From contig NC_079238.1 of the NCBI RefSeq assembly GCF_027921745.1, positions 2,666,001-2,730,000 on the forward strand: 64,000 nt of DNA, read 5' to 3'. This document shows, one piece after another, positions 1 through 11,247 of the stretch. The position numbers and the translations under genes were made by a program. The notes below the pieces were generated by a model. That model saw only the letters and a program-made list of their open reading frames with translations, had not been told where the DNA came from and made no database searches. Positions within the stretch are counted from its first letter, which is position 1. The number at the start of each line of letters is the position of its first letter. The stretch is from Schizosaccharomyces osmophilus (taxonomy: Eukaryota).

Positions 1-1543
1 AAACATATCAAGCAAATCTTCCCGGTTAGATCCAGCGTACGCCAAACCTAATCCTAAAATAGCAGTAGCTCGAAGTTTCGTAGATCCTGTTTCAAGATAT
101 TCAGATAAAATAGCTAATGCAGGGTCGGCCTCATTACGAACGGCAACATTAGTTATACCAATTCCCAATAAAGCTCCTGCTTTGACATTTTCCTCCGAAG
201 AGTAAAGATATTTGTCAAGTAAAGAAAGCCCCATATCAACGTTCCATAACTGCAATAATCCGATAGAAGCGGTGGCACTGATCATGCCGGAGTCTTTGTT
301 TTTATAAATCCAAGATGATTTCTCATCGTCAACCAAAACAAGTCGATCATTACTATATCCAGCATTAACAAAAGAATTAACTAAGGTATTAGCTAGATTC
401 TGTTTAGCCGAGTAAACACCAGATGAGCCAAGGCCCGTCCGGGCCACTTCCAAGTGACTTTTAAAAATATCTTCAGGAACTTTAGGATCCATAAGGCTAA
501 GTTCTTTTCCAAGATAATGAAAGTGATCAGACAAATGAATGTTGTTCAAAGCATCATTTAACTCTTCGTCATTCATATCAAAAGGAATTCGTTGTCTTGC
601 TAAAATGTATGCTAACTGCTTTTTTAACAATGGGTCATTTGCTGCCTCGCAATCCTCTCGAATTAACGACATATCATCAAGGCGAATAGCAACATTTAGA
701 GCTTGTGTGAGTTGATTAAATTTTCGATAAATAGCATGAGCTGTTCTAAGCATGGCCACATCTTCAGGAAATGGGAGCAGATTTACACAACTCGTTATGT
801 ATAAGCATACACGAGATGCGTTATCAGCCTCAACGTAAGGGGTAACCTTTTCAATCGCACCTAATTCTTGTAGTAAATCAATGGCATCAGCTTCAGCATT
901 GTGAGTCAAAAAGAAAGGTACAATGAGAAGTGCAAGATCCATAAGGTCATCAGTTGCCAGATCCTTTTCTTGACGCTCAACAAATTCAGCTCCTATTTCA
1001 GCTGCTAGGTGTCGCACATATTCATGACCCCAGACAGAAGGATCACTAGTAACACCATGCAAGCGATATTTTAATGATTCCCGTTTGCTAGGGTCACTAT
1101 ATGACATTCCTAAAACGGAAAGGATATCAGCAAATTGTACTTTCAAAGGCCCCTCGCTCCAAGAGTCGAACGTCTTTGTCAAAGTCGAATAATGGGGTCG
1201 TAAAAACTTAAGGGGCTTAGGAACCGCTGTCATAGAAGATGTAGAGGTTCTAATGATTTCTTTCAATTGTGTAAGAATGGAACTCATTAAGTCTAGATTA
1301 TTTTCTTGAATTCGTTCTACCAGCATATCTAAATCGGTTTTAAGTTGTAAATCTTCTTCCGACTGTAAATAGGTTAGTTTTCTTTCTCAAAAGCTAATAA
1401 TAACTTACCAAATCCACCACATCATTTCTTTCTTTAACAGAACTTGCTTGATCTTTTTCATTAGAAGATGGCGTTTTTACGCTTTCATCTTTTATCATCT
1501 CATCATTACTTTTTGAAGACTTATTGATGTCTTCGGGATTCAT
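1..1543 (-). CDS. rpn1: 26S proteasome regulatory subunit Rpn1/Mts4 (5' part; runs off window start)
   Basis: ATG at 1543; exon 1 1543-1409; intron 1408-1363 (GTAAGT..CTAAC..CAG). Exon 2 reads SEEDLQLK...TSTSSMTAVPKPLKFLRPHY, the Rpn1 signature. Confidence 0.93.
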
Positions 1544-2044
1544 CTTTTCTACTTGATTTCTTCACTGACGATGAATAGTAATGTGCAGTCGGCAGGACTG
1601 GCATACCCACAATATTAGGTATATCGAATGCTTGCGAAGATTTCACGCTTACTCACTATTACTATCGTATTATTTTCTGAGTTCATGTAGTGATATTATA
1701 CATCTATTCTCGTTAAGTAAATATTCAATACTATTCCATGTATCGTGTGTAATTTACTTATGCTCTGTTAAAGAATAAAAAGTAAAATGAAACGAAATAG
1801 AACAAACAAAGGCTTTGACAAAACGAATTTAAATACATAAGATTCACGTATTAAGTCTTCTGACTTACCGCCAGCCATAAGACATAAAAATTTAGACAAA
1901 TAAACAAATTGAAAATAAATAAAGGGGTTAAAATATGCATGATGCTTAAAAAACGACTTCCATAATCGACATAGTTTCAATTTCACACAAAAAATAATAG
2001 CGAACATAAATACCATCGATTTTTTTTCTTCTTTGTCTCAGTCT

Positions 2045-5000
2045 TTAAACAAAAGAATGATTCAAAGAATTATTGCTTTCACCCGCATGAAACATAGTCC
2101 GCAAATGATAATAGTTTTCATGTAATGGTAGCCCATTAGATGGAAATTTTGAATCTGATGTTTCTGGGTCTTCCATATTCCAGTCAGTCAAACCCTTAAA
2201 ATCAGTGGGTTGTCGGAGCTCTTCTAGCGAAGGACGAAAATCTGAGAAATTGTTAATGCGATTTAATGTCGGATAACTTGGGTCACTATCAGAAAAATAA
2301 AGAGGCTTCAATTTTGACATTAGCGATGCTTTATGTGAACGACCTGGAGTACCAGTTGACGAGTCTGTCAATTCATCATTCTCTTCTGATGCAACGTAAT
2401 TTCCAAATACGCTGGATTCATACGGAATCCAACCTTCCCTTTCTCGTTTTAAATTTCCAGAGAGTATGGAGACTATCTGGTCATCGTAGTCATCAGTAGT
2501 ATCGTTGTATACCACTGTGTTATGATCTGACAAATCACTCGACTCAGGTAAATGCTCATCTTTATCATCTGCAAAGAAAGCGTCAAGGCTGTGTAAAGTA
2601 GTTACGAGTTCACCCAAAGAATTCTCTCCAGAAGACCCGCGGCTGTTCGTAGGAATATGTCGAGGATAGTTTGATACCTCTTCAGCATGAAATCGAATTT
2701 CAGGAGTTTTCAAAGAATCACCTGTTTCGGGGCATGTATAAAAGATGGTGTGTACGTTCTTCTTGGTCAATGTTAGTGCATAATCAGCGTTGGGTTCACA
2801 CCAGCCGGTTTCGTCAGGTATTTCACAAAAGTGAGCAAATCTAGCGTCAGTGCTTTTGGTCTTTGGATCAACCATTAGCAGCTTAAACGTCTGCACGTCT
2901 GAAGGCCCTGAAATAGACAATGGCATAGTCAAAAGCTTTAATGCATCCATCACATAATCGGTTGATAACAGTCTGAGTAAAGGAGAAATTAAATTTAATC
3001 CAAGGCCGCTATATGTTTTATCGTCAAAATGCAGCTTTGGTAGTACGTTATCCAAAATCCTCAGTGTAGATTTCCGAATCCATGGCATATTATTTGACAA
3101 AAACATTGAAAGAATGGTTATAATTTCTAAGGCAAAATCTTCAAAAAAGTTAGAGGTTATATATGAGACAGCACATTTTAAAAAGTCATCCGAGCTCCTA
3201 AACTGTCTGTTCATAAACGTTTTTATCAACTCGATTAATTCAATATTCTCATATGAATATGCCAAACTCGTTAATTTCTCACAATAATCATCCAAATTAA
3301 ATGATAGTTTTTCAGGTCTTTCGTACGTTGTCAGCATTGCCGGTAATGAAACTAACAAGCACGTTAAAAGTCTAAAGTCGACATTTCCAACTATATCTTT
3401 ATCTCCGTAAGTCATTAGGAGCATGAATAAGCGCATTGACAACTCAAATGATTTTGTTGATCGAAAACCTCGTAATACTAATAGATGAAGGCCATCAAAC
3501 TGCTCGTACCATGACTTCGGTAAAGAGTCTATTAAGTGTTGAGGGAATTCTGGAAGATGTTCTGTTCTTTTAAGATAGTCATATGTAATTTTCACTGCGT
3601 GTAAAAACTCTTCTTCGTGAACAGTAGTGAGGCATGCCACTGAAGTCCAAAATAATTGAGGATAAAGCATCAGATCAGAAGGCTCCATAGCCCTAACGTA
3701 CGCATTTATAGTGGCAAGTATTTCAACAGAATAAGCGCATAAGTACTTTTCTTGATCGGAAATTGTTCCAACTAATCTGGCTATTAAATTTAATTGAATG
3801 TCAGTATCAAACTTGGGAAGCAGACAACGGAAAACCTGAAATGAATTACAAGCTAGTCGCCTTGAAGGGCATGTTGTAGCCCAGTTCAAGGCTATTTTAC
3901 CCCATATCTGTATCAAATCCGGATAGGTGTTTACTAACACTTCATTGGTTTTGGTAATTAAGTGATCATAGCGAGTAGTCGTGAAGTCTTTCAAACGATC
4001 GATTTTCGTGTTGGCGGAGAATATATTTTCAGAACCCAGCAAGCTAAAATAGTTATCATCAGAATACAACCTCCCTTCCATTGCTTGAACTTTTTCAACA
4101 ATATAGTGAATGATTTGACGGCATTGCTTTTGAACTATTTTAGAATAATGATCCAATTGTATGAAAGCTGCTTGAAGGATTGTAGCTACCTCATTAGCCC
4201 CAATCATAATAGATGGATTAGGGACTATGTCCATTAATAGTAATAAAGCCAATTGGCATGGTGAATAGAATATCGAATCTTTTTCCGAAGGAAAAAGGAT
4301 ATCTAGATCTGCAATGTATGTATGATTTGAATTTTCAATACTGTAGGAAAATATTTCCTGATTTTCGTTGGAAACATTAGTTGAAGATATAAAAGACAAC
4401 AATGTAGCGTACAAGCCCAAAAGCAGTTCGGTTTTTGCAAGGTAAATTGTGATTTGTCGTGTACATTCAACAAACGCAAAAGTTTTTCGATTAAAGCATT
4501 GTTGCATCAAGAAAAATAAAATTACAGTCCAATTTTTCTTATGTCCAGACAAAGCTAAAGACGTCCAAAGTGCTTCAATCTCGTTAGGCAAATCCTTAGT
4601 GTATTTCGTGGTAATTTCGATTAAGCCAATCAATGTGGTGACGGTATAAAATTCAAATGTTTTATTACCGACATCCATTTTGAGCTCCAGGTTTTGTAAC
4701 CAAGGAAGCAAAACGGTAACTAATCCTCGTCGATGAAAATCACCATAGTTAAAATATCTCAAGCATTCGGATGTCAACGCAAAAGAATCCCCGGAAAAAT
4801 CACTAGCAAGTTGAACTGAAAATAAGTACTGAGGTTTTAAATATAGAGCAGGATTACTCGATTCTAAGAAGCTCTTCATTTCCATCATGGCCGTTAACGT
4901 AAAGCTGTTCAGCCGGAATTTTCCTAATAGCTCAAAAGCTTTCAGCCTAACGGATATATTGTTTGCAGAGAGCTTTACTAGACAAAGCGGTAATAACTTT

Positions 5001-8000
5001 GGAATACTTAAATGTCCAACTTCAGTTTGAATGAGCATTTCTGAGAGGGCCAAAAAGAAAAAATCACATATTTGTTGTGGAATTCCTTGTAAAAAACATT
5101 TTTCTATCACTTTTTGAAGTAGTAACTCATAATCGCAGTTTTTTATTAGTAAGGTACACAGGCCCTTTCTAGCAAGGTTAATAATAACTTTGGAAGGAGA
5201 GTGTAAAATGGCCGTATACCAATTCAGTAAAACCTCGACGTCGAAAGAAAATATAGCTTCATCTAGTTCTTGATGAAGCCTAGAAGTGCTCAAAGTTATC
5301 ATAGCTTTAATTGCCAAATATTCAAGGTTCTGTTTAGCTGCTTCAAACGACGCAAGGAGACGATCACGTTCCCTTATATCTTTATGGCTTTCAACTATAT
5401 TAAAACGAATTTCATCTTGATGATTTTTCATGATTTCTTGTGCTGGACCAAAACCGGTCCACTCATCTAAGAGTTTCCAACAAGACACTCGACCAGACAG
5501 TGGCAGAATTTCGAGCCCGTCGTTCAGATTTTGGAATAATATTAGTTTCTCGAGAAGTTGCGCAAAATAGCATTTAATCTTAAATGAACTCACATCAGTT
5601 TGCGTACAAGAAGTTAAAAAGATTTTTAGATCCTTTAAAAACTCAGATATAATTAACAAAGTATCACCTTCCTCTCTAATCGAGTCATGTATCAAAAGGT
5701 GAGAAGTTAGAGCAAAGATATGAGCTATTTCAGACCTCAGTAGGTTATCAGATTTATTGCGTCGTCCGAAGTTTGAGAAGTTTAGATTCCGAAGCAAAAA
5801 CTCCGGTTTCTCCTCCTTTAAAAATGAAATATAAGGCTTTAAAGATTTGACTAGTTGGGGAAATGCATTTATGTTAATACAACCAGTAGCAAACACTACA
5901 GCCTCGCGAATAGGGGAAAATTCGACGAAAATTAATGGGAGTATCATGCTAAAAAGGCTTTCAGCAGAAGTAATCTTCATAGTCTCCTGTAAGCTTCGTA
6001 AATGAGTACCGGACTGAACTGCTGTTAAAGCTCGTCGTAAGTTTGTTTGCGATAAGTCCAGATTAGAGGTATAAGTAATAGTGCAACAAGCAACAATTAA
6101 ATACAACTTCCACTGGACAAGGAGATACTCAGGAAATTCGTTATTTTTCACAGCAATTTTTAAATTAAAATTGGTGTCTGAGGTGTCAATTTTCGAAAGC
6201 AATGTTGATGTTATGCTAGGTAATTTGGTACACACGGTGTTCCTTAATAACGCCATCGTAGTCGGGAACCGTTCAAAGCAAAGTTTTATAAATTTTGGAA
6301 AAACGTTATACCAAATTGATATATCAACCCCACTATTTGAAGTTGCAAGCTTGAGCAACATATCTTTTGTACCGTCGTTTATGAATTTTCGTAAACGTGA
6401 ACGTTCAGCAGCAGTTGGAAGATGACTCTCTACGCTTAGAATAGAAGCGTCACAATCTTTCAATACATCGACGATAGTAGGCTCAGAACAGACTTCTCCA
6501 TCCGTATAGTTATCAGAAGATAACACTAGGTATTCCGTGTTTAATTTTTTCACATCGTTGAGCAAAGCTACTGCAAATTGGCGAATATCAACGGAGGGAG
6601 AAGAAAGATGCAAAACAGCAAGTGATTGAATTTCTTCAATAATCATCCAGCTTTGAGTTTCATCATAATCCTGCTTCCCCATGCTTGTGCTCTCACTGTC
6701 TGAAGCATGACTAGATTTGGTACTTAAATAAGAACTTCGTTTTTCAATTACAGCCTCCTGTTGTTGAATCCAAATTTGTATAACTTCGTGATAAGTACAA
6801 AGTAAGTGCTCTGATCCTTGAACAAGCTTTCTAGATAAACATGAAATTATTGGCTTAGTCTTATTGAGCTTTGATGCAAAATAGAGAAGAGCATTATGAC
6901 ACGAGAGTTGAATGACTTTGTTAGGACAATTTAAGCACTTGATGTATGCATCGATTATTTTTGGTTCAATTTTACCAACTAAACAAGGAAAAATTTTTAA
7001 GGAATTGCTATATAAGCCCAAGTAACCAGCAGAATTTCGTGAGTTATAATAGCGATTGATGTCGTTCGAGAGTTGCAGCGTTAGAAAAAGAGCACTGTTT
7101 GATATATTTTTTATAAACGTTTCCCAGCAAGAACCTGCTGCATTACTCCATAGATCAATAAATTGAAACTCGATAAAATTAAACAATTCTTTAGGGGAGT
7201 TTTTTTGCTTGATATCCTGCAATACATAATACGAGGAACGTATTACGATCATCATTTTCTCACAACCCATGTTCTCATCAAAGACATCCATTAATAGGGG
7301 CTCCAAAATTTCATTTATTATATAGTTCGGATAATGAGGAGCAAGAACTCTTAGGATTTGCGAGAACCCTTCAACTTCATCGACTGTAGCAAATGGGGTA
7401 ACATTAAAAGTCTTTCCTTGTAAAAATATAGGCTTTAAAATGTAGGTGATGGCTTTTAATGTTTCATCCGTAATTTCTTGAAGACGATTAAAACAGACCC
7501 AAAAAACCTTGGCCACGGATTTTAAACCTGTATTTCGAAGTCGTCTATCTTTTATACGAACAAAAGAAGCCTCCAACGTTGGCAACCAGTTTTCTAAAAA
7601 AAACTCTTTCGGGGAAAGGCATAATAACGAACAAAGGAAAGGAAACCATACTTGCCAATATTTGGATTTGGTACATGACTTAAATGCAATGGGATAAAGG
7701 GTGTGTATGGTGCGTACCCAGGCAGGGATATTTACTTCAAAGGTGGCATGTATAATAAGTGGAGAAAGAAGATTTTCAAACAGAAAAGCATGCTCAATCC
7801 GCACTGCTTGATTTGATTTGATGAAAAAAGATGCTAAAGATTCCAGGAATGCGACACATTCCTCCAAGTGTGCTATCGGGTATAAGCGTATGTGAAGATG
7901 TCTCATAGCACGGAGAATATATATAAGATAAGCTTCCCTAACTTCGGTATCCATGTTTGATTTTTCTAGATTTTCGATTTCTTCTATAAATCGATCGGAT

Positions 8001-8626
8001 ACCATGACAAAATTGAAGCGAGAAAGACTTCCCAATAAGTAAGCAAAGCTCTCCCAATTTGCGAGCCTCAAAGAAGAAGAATTGGTCGGAAGATTTTTTG
8101 GATTCAACAACTGATGGAAAATGCATTCTAGTAACGAAGAAACTGTGGTTTCTTCAAGGGTATTATTGGGGAGACTTTCTGTTATTTCGGACAAGGAGCG
8201 GCAAAGGATATAAACAGAGACAAAGTTCTTCCTTTCTGCTACGAGATGTGGAACATTTTTGGAGTTAGTAACACTGACGCGGACTTTTCTCCAATAAAGA
8301 AGCGATTCAATCACGGCCACGGGTTTTTTTATAGCAAGGCCAATTAAAGCTTGAATGCATCTGTCGAATTCTTCATCTTTTCCTTTCCGTAGAAGACGAA
8401 TTGCATCTTGTTCGTTCACTATAAATGAAACTTGACTCGGTTGTGTTTGTTGATTGAATTGATGACGAGAAAGGTAAAATATTTTTTGCTCTGATATCCT
8501 AACGAACTGTGTAAATAGTATATGCAGAGCATAATCAACCGCTGAGTGTTGTTGTTCTTCTTGTGAGGAAGTATTAATTTCCTCCCCATATAAAGGTTCT
8601 TCTTGAGCAGTTTCATTCAAGTTCAT
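2045..8626 (-). CDS. mor2: Morphogenesis (MOR/RAM) scaffold Mor2, Furry/Tao3 family
   Basis: 2193-aa ORF with Furry-type motifs (FVMVSDRF, WATTCPSRRLACNSFQVFRCL, YPQLFW). Confidence 0.93.
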   Translation of the reverse strand: MNLNETAQEEPLYGEEINTSSQEEQQHSAVDYALHILFTQFVRISEQKIFYLSRHQFNQQTQPSQVSFIVNEQDAIRLLRKGKDEEFDRCIQALIGLAIKKPVAVIESLLYWRKVRVSVTNSKNVPHLVAERKNFVSVYILCRSLSEITESLPNNTLEETTVSSLLECIFHQLLNPKNLPTNSSSLRLANWESFAYLLGSLSRFNFVMVSDRFIEEIENLEKSNMDTEVREAYLIYILRAMRHLHIRLYPIAHLEECVAFLESLASFFIKSNQAVRIEHAFLFENLLSPLIIHATFEVNIPAWVRTIHTLYPIAFKSCTKSKYWQVWFPFLCSLLCLSPKEFFLENWLPTLEASFVRIKDRRLRNTGLKSVAKVFWVCFNRLQEITDETLKAITYILKPIFLQGKTFNVTPFATVDEVEGFSQILRVLAPHYPNYIINEILEPLLMDVFDENMGCEKMMIVIRSSYYVLQDIKQKNSPKELFNFIEFQFIDLWSNAAGSCWETFIKNISNSALFLTLQLSNDINRYYNSRNSAGYLGLYSNSLKIFPCLVGKIEPKIIDAYIKCLNCPNKVIQLSCHNALLYFASKLNKTKPIISCLSRKLVQGSEHLLCTYHEVIQIWIQQQEAVIEKRSSYLSTKSSHASDSESTSMGKQDYDETQSWMIIEEIQSLAVLHLSSPSVDIRQFAVALLNDVKKLNTEYLVLSSDNYTDGEVCSEPTIVDVLKDCDASILSVESHLPTAAERSRLRKFINDGTKDMLLKLATSNSGVDISIWYNVFPKFIKLCFERFPTTMALLRNTVCTKLPSITSTLLSKIDTSDTNFNLKIAVKNNEFPEYLLVQWKLYLIVACCTITYTSNLDLSQTNLRRALTAVQSGTHLRSLQETMKITSAESLFSMILPLIFVEFSPIREAVVFATGCININAFPQLVKSLKPYISFLKEEKPEFLLRNLNFSNFGRRNKSDNLLRSEIAHIFALTSHLLIHDSIREEGDTLLIISEFLKDLKIFLTSCTQTDVSSFKIKCYFAQLLEKLILFQNLNDGLEILPLSGRVSCWKLLDEWTGFGPAQEIMKNHQDEIRFNIVESHKDIRERDRLLASFEAAKQNLEYLAIKAMITLSTSRLHQELDEAIFSFDVEVLLNWYTAILHSPSKVIINLARKGLCTLLIKNCDYELLLQKVIEKCFLQGIPQQICDFFFLALSEMLIQTEVGHLSIPKLLPLCLVKLSANNISVRLKAFELLGKFRLNSFTLTAMMEMKSFLESSNPALYLKPQYLFSVQLASDFSGDSFALTSECLRYFNYGDFHRRGLVTVLLPWLQNLELKMDVGNKTFEFYTVTTLIGLIEITTKYTKDLPNEIEALWTSLALSGHKKNWTVILFFLMQQCFNRKTFAFVECTRQITIYLAKTELLLGLYATLLSFISSTNVSNENQEIFSYSIENSNHTYIADLDILFPSEKDSIFYSPCQLALLLLMDIVPNPSIMIGANEVATILQAAFIQLDHYSKIVQKQCRQIIHYIVEKVQAMEGRLYSDDNYFSLLGSENIFSANTKIDRLKDFTTTRYDHLITKTNEVLVNTYPDLIQIWGKIALNWATTCPSRRLACNSFQVFRCLLPKFDTDIQLNLIARLVGTISDQEKYLCAYSVEILATINAYVRAMEPSDLMLYPQLFWTSVACLTTVHEEEFLHAVKITYDYLKRTEHLPEFPQHLIDSLPKSWYEQFDGLHLLVLRGFRSTKSFELSMRLFMLLMTYGDKDIVGNVDFRLLTCLLVSLPAMLTTYERPEKLSFNLDDYCEKLTSLAYSYENIELIELIKTFMNRQFRSSDDFLKCAVSYITSNFFEDFALEIITILSMFLSNNMPWIRKSTLRILDNVLPKLHFDDKTYSGLGLNLISPLLRLLSTDYVMDALKLLTMPLSISGPSDVQTFKLLMVDPKTKSTDARFAHFCEIPDETGWCEPNADYALTLTKKNVHTIFYTCPETGDSLKTPEIRFHAEEVSNYPRHIPTNSRGSSGENSLGELVTTLHSLDAFFADDKDEHLPESSDLSDHNTVVYNDTTDDYDDQIVSILSGNLKREREGWIPYESSVFGNYVASEENDELTDSSTGTPGRSHKASLMSKLKPLYFSDSDPSYPTLNRINNFSDFRPSLEELRQPTDFKGLTDWNMEDPETSDSKFPSNGLPLHENYYHLRTMFHAGESNNSLNHSFV

Positions 8627-9517
8627 TCAGCTTATCATTATATATTCTAGGTCTGCCAAGTATATAGCAATTCTAGATCTCAATGCTCAAAAACAGTGTT
8701 GGAATATCCCGCCAATATAAGGAAAAATAATTAAGGTCGGAATCAAAGTGCCTTTCTAGAAAAAAGATTCAATTGTTACACGTTGTTGCATAAGACCCAG
8801 GAATTTAAGTAGAATGTAGCCAAATACCCTGATTTAAATAACCAAACGTTGATGAGTATGTAAACTGTTAACAGAATTTGATTGAAGATGTAGGTGATTA
8901 CCAAAAAGCAGCGTAGAGAGTTGTAGATTTTTTTTAAATCGTTTAAGGAGTTAAGTCAAGTTCATTATAAAGCACGCTACCAAAAATCGGTTAAAAATAA
9001 GAATCGCTTGCTAGCAATGGAGGTTTGATTCTATGTCCGTCAAAGCATGTTTATTACAAAAATACTCGTAGTAGACATGTTGATTTGCTACATTAGCTAC
9101 AGAATGATTACAAACTTGAATCGTACGTTGCAAAATAATGCGTTCAATTTTTAAACGATAAAGGGTGTTTTGTCGAAAACCTCTCTAAACGGTGCCGTTC
9201 ATTAGTAGATGCGATACCATACAACTGACTAGTTATTCAGAGTATGCAATATACAACTTGGTTAATCCACATACAAGTGCGAAAACGAATTTGTCAAAAT
9301 AGCCTGTAGGAAACCAGTTAGCCTAATGAAGGGAAAGAAAGGAGTGTTGAGATTATGTATGCAGAATTGATACAAAAAATGGGTATTTATAGAATATCCA
9401 GAAAAAAACTAAAAATAGAATAAAAAAATTATGAGAAAAGGATTCGGAAACTTATAAAGAGGAGAAGGTCGTACATTGAGCAGACACCAAACCTACTAAC
9501 AATAAAATGAAAAAGAT

Positions 9518-9991
9518 TTAAGAAGAAGCAGCGGCCGAGGAGACTTCTGGTACAATAAACTTGTTAACTCTTCGAATAGTTGGTTCTTCCTCTGGTCTAG
9601 GCAAGCTGGTTTGTCGATCAAAAACGATACCAACATACTTCCTGGTGCGGCGAAGGGAGATTTGCTTTTGAAAAAATTTAACGTACCCGGAAACGGTTGC
9701 AAAAATAGTAAAATCACGTCCAAGTTTGGCATTGTCTCCAGGATGGAACTTTGTACCTCTTTGTCGTATCAAAATTTCACCAGCATTCACGTATTGGTTC
9801 TCTGAACGCTTAACACCAAGACGACGGCCAGCTGAATCACCTGAATTCTTTGCAGAACCTCCTCCATGCTTGGCTGATGTTCGAATAGGAGGAAACGTTA
9901 AGGAAAAAGGCATTAGTCTCAAGGGACTTGGACTTTGCCTGCGAAGCAAAGCTGAGGATAACTCATTCATAAACGTCGATTTTCCAATCAT
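9518..9991 (-). CDS. mrp7: Mitochondrial ribosomal protein bL27m
   Basis: Presequence followed by the L27 motif [22 protein letters not shown]...[15 protein letters not shown]. Start could be 9991 or the next ATG. Confidence 0.92.
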   Translation of the reverse strand: MIGKSTFMNELSSALLRRQSPSPLRLMPFSLTFPPIRTSAKHGGGSAKNSGDSAGRRLGVKRSENQYVNAGEILIRQRGTKFHPGDNAKLGRDFTIFATVSGYVKFFQKQISLRRTRKYVGIVFDRQTSLPRPEEEPTIRRVNKFIVPEVSSAAASS

Positions 9992-11247
9992 GGTAAATAA
10001 TGCTTCTTTTCAATCCGGAAGAAACTGGGATTGTGGAGCGGTAAGAACCGGTGTTGTTTCTTTGTCAAATGTCAGATATTTATTCTTTGAAGAAAAAGTC
10101 AAAGCACAAAAAAGGCAAACAACGTCTCAATAGTTATTAATTATTTGAAAGACGGTAAACTTACTCGACAATCGGTTCTGTTTAAAGGCACTTTTACGAA
10201 TGGATTCTGGGACTGTGTATGCACTAACTATCACTCTAGCTCATTATGAAAGGTTAACGATATTTTCAAACGGTCAGTCTCTTGGGCTTTCGCTGCACTA
10301 CACGCAAATTCTCCCTGCTTAAATGTACTACAGAAAACGAGAACAAGCATTCAATCCCGATGAAATCCATGCGCGGTTAAAATCAGTTTCTTTGCTAGCT
10401 AATTTGTATTTCAGCGGTATATAATTTGTTGTTCTTCATTCCTAAGAACGAGGATAGTGAGCTTAAATTATGAATTAAGGAGTTGGACAGCGCTTGTGTA
10501 AAACGAACCAACGAAGCTTACTGTACTCCACTTTCTCTTGGCACATACACTTTCGACTCAAACTGCGTTCAATCATTGATTGAAAAAGCCATGCCATGTC
10601 GATTAGGAAGAAAACCTTACGTTGACGAGCAAAGAGTTTTTTGTCGTTCCCATAATAATGGTCTGGCTTCATCGCCGTTGGTACCTTCATCTGAAGCATG
10701 AAACCTATATGCACTGCAGTGATTATTACTACCATACGCGTATACATCTTAACTTTCTCTAAGATGAAACGATACCAAATTGCAAAAGTAACTTCTTTTT
10801 AGCTATGGAATGAGTTTATGAGCAAAATTATGATACGTGTTTAGTCCATTGAAACGTGCTTCTTGCGTTTCATAAATTACATGGTTTCAGCAGCATTCAT
10901 GATATTTTTTTTAGAGTTCGCGATAAAAGTGTACAGAATTTAGCTGAAACTAAGCTGCTCTCGAAACGACCTTTAAAGTTGGTACCTAAATTCTTCCTCG
11001 TAACCCAAGTTATTGCTACCACCTAAGCAGAACTCCAACAAACGCTTTTCCAAAAAGATACAGTAATGTTCGCGTTTGATTGTATTTATATATTTCTTAG
11101 ATTTATTTTCTTACATCTAAAAGGATTTTAGTGTATAAAGTTTTTGTTAGATTCTTTCGTGTTTTATCAAATTTCCCCAGCAGAAATTGCTTGGAGTTGT
11201 TCTACCTTTTCCTAACATGCCCGATTCTGTGGCACTTATTTAATTCT

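Noticed and set aside
10069..10747. Possible small multi-exon gene between mrp7 and lid2 (Cys-containing ORF 10483-10701, stray CTAAC..TAG signals)
   Set aside because: I could not build a splice model with good donors and a consistent frame, and no protein motif was recognisable. RNA-seq would settle it.
11131..11247. N-terminal extensions from GTG/TTG starts in the ORF track (lid2, rsv1, rhomboid, rps23, lcf2)
   Set aside because: Eukaryotic genes; the first suitable ATG was used instead.
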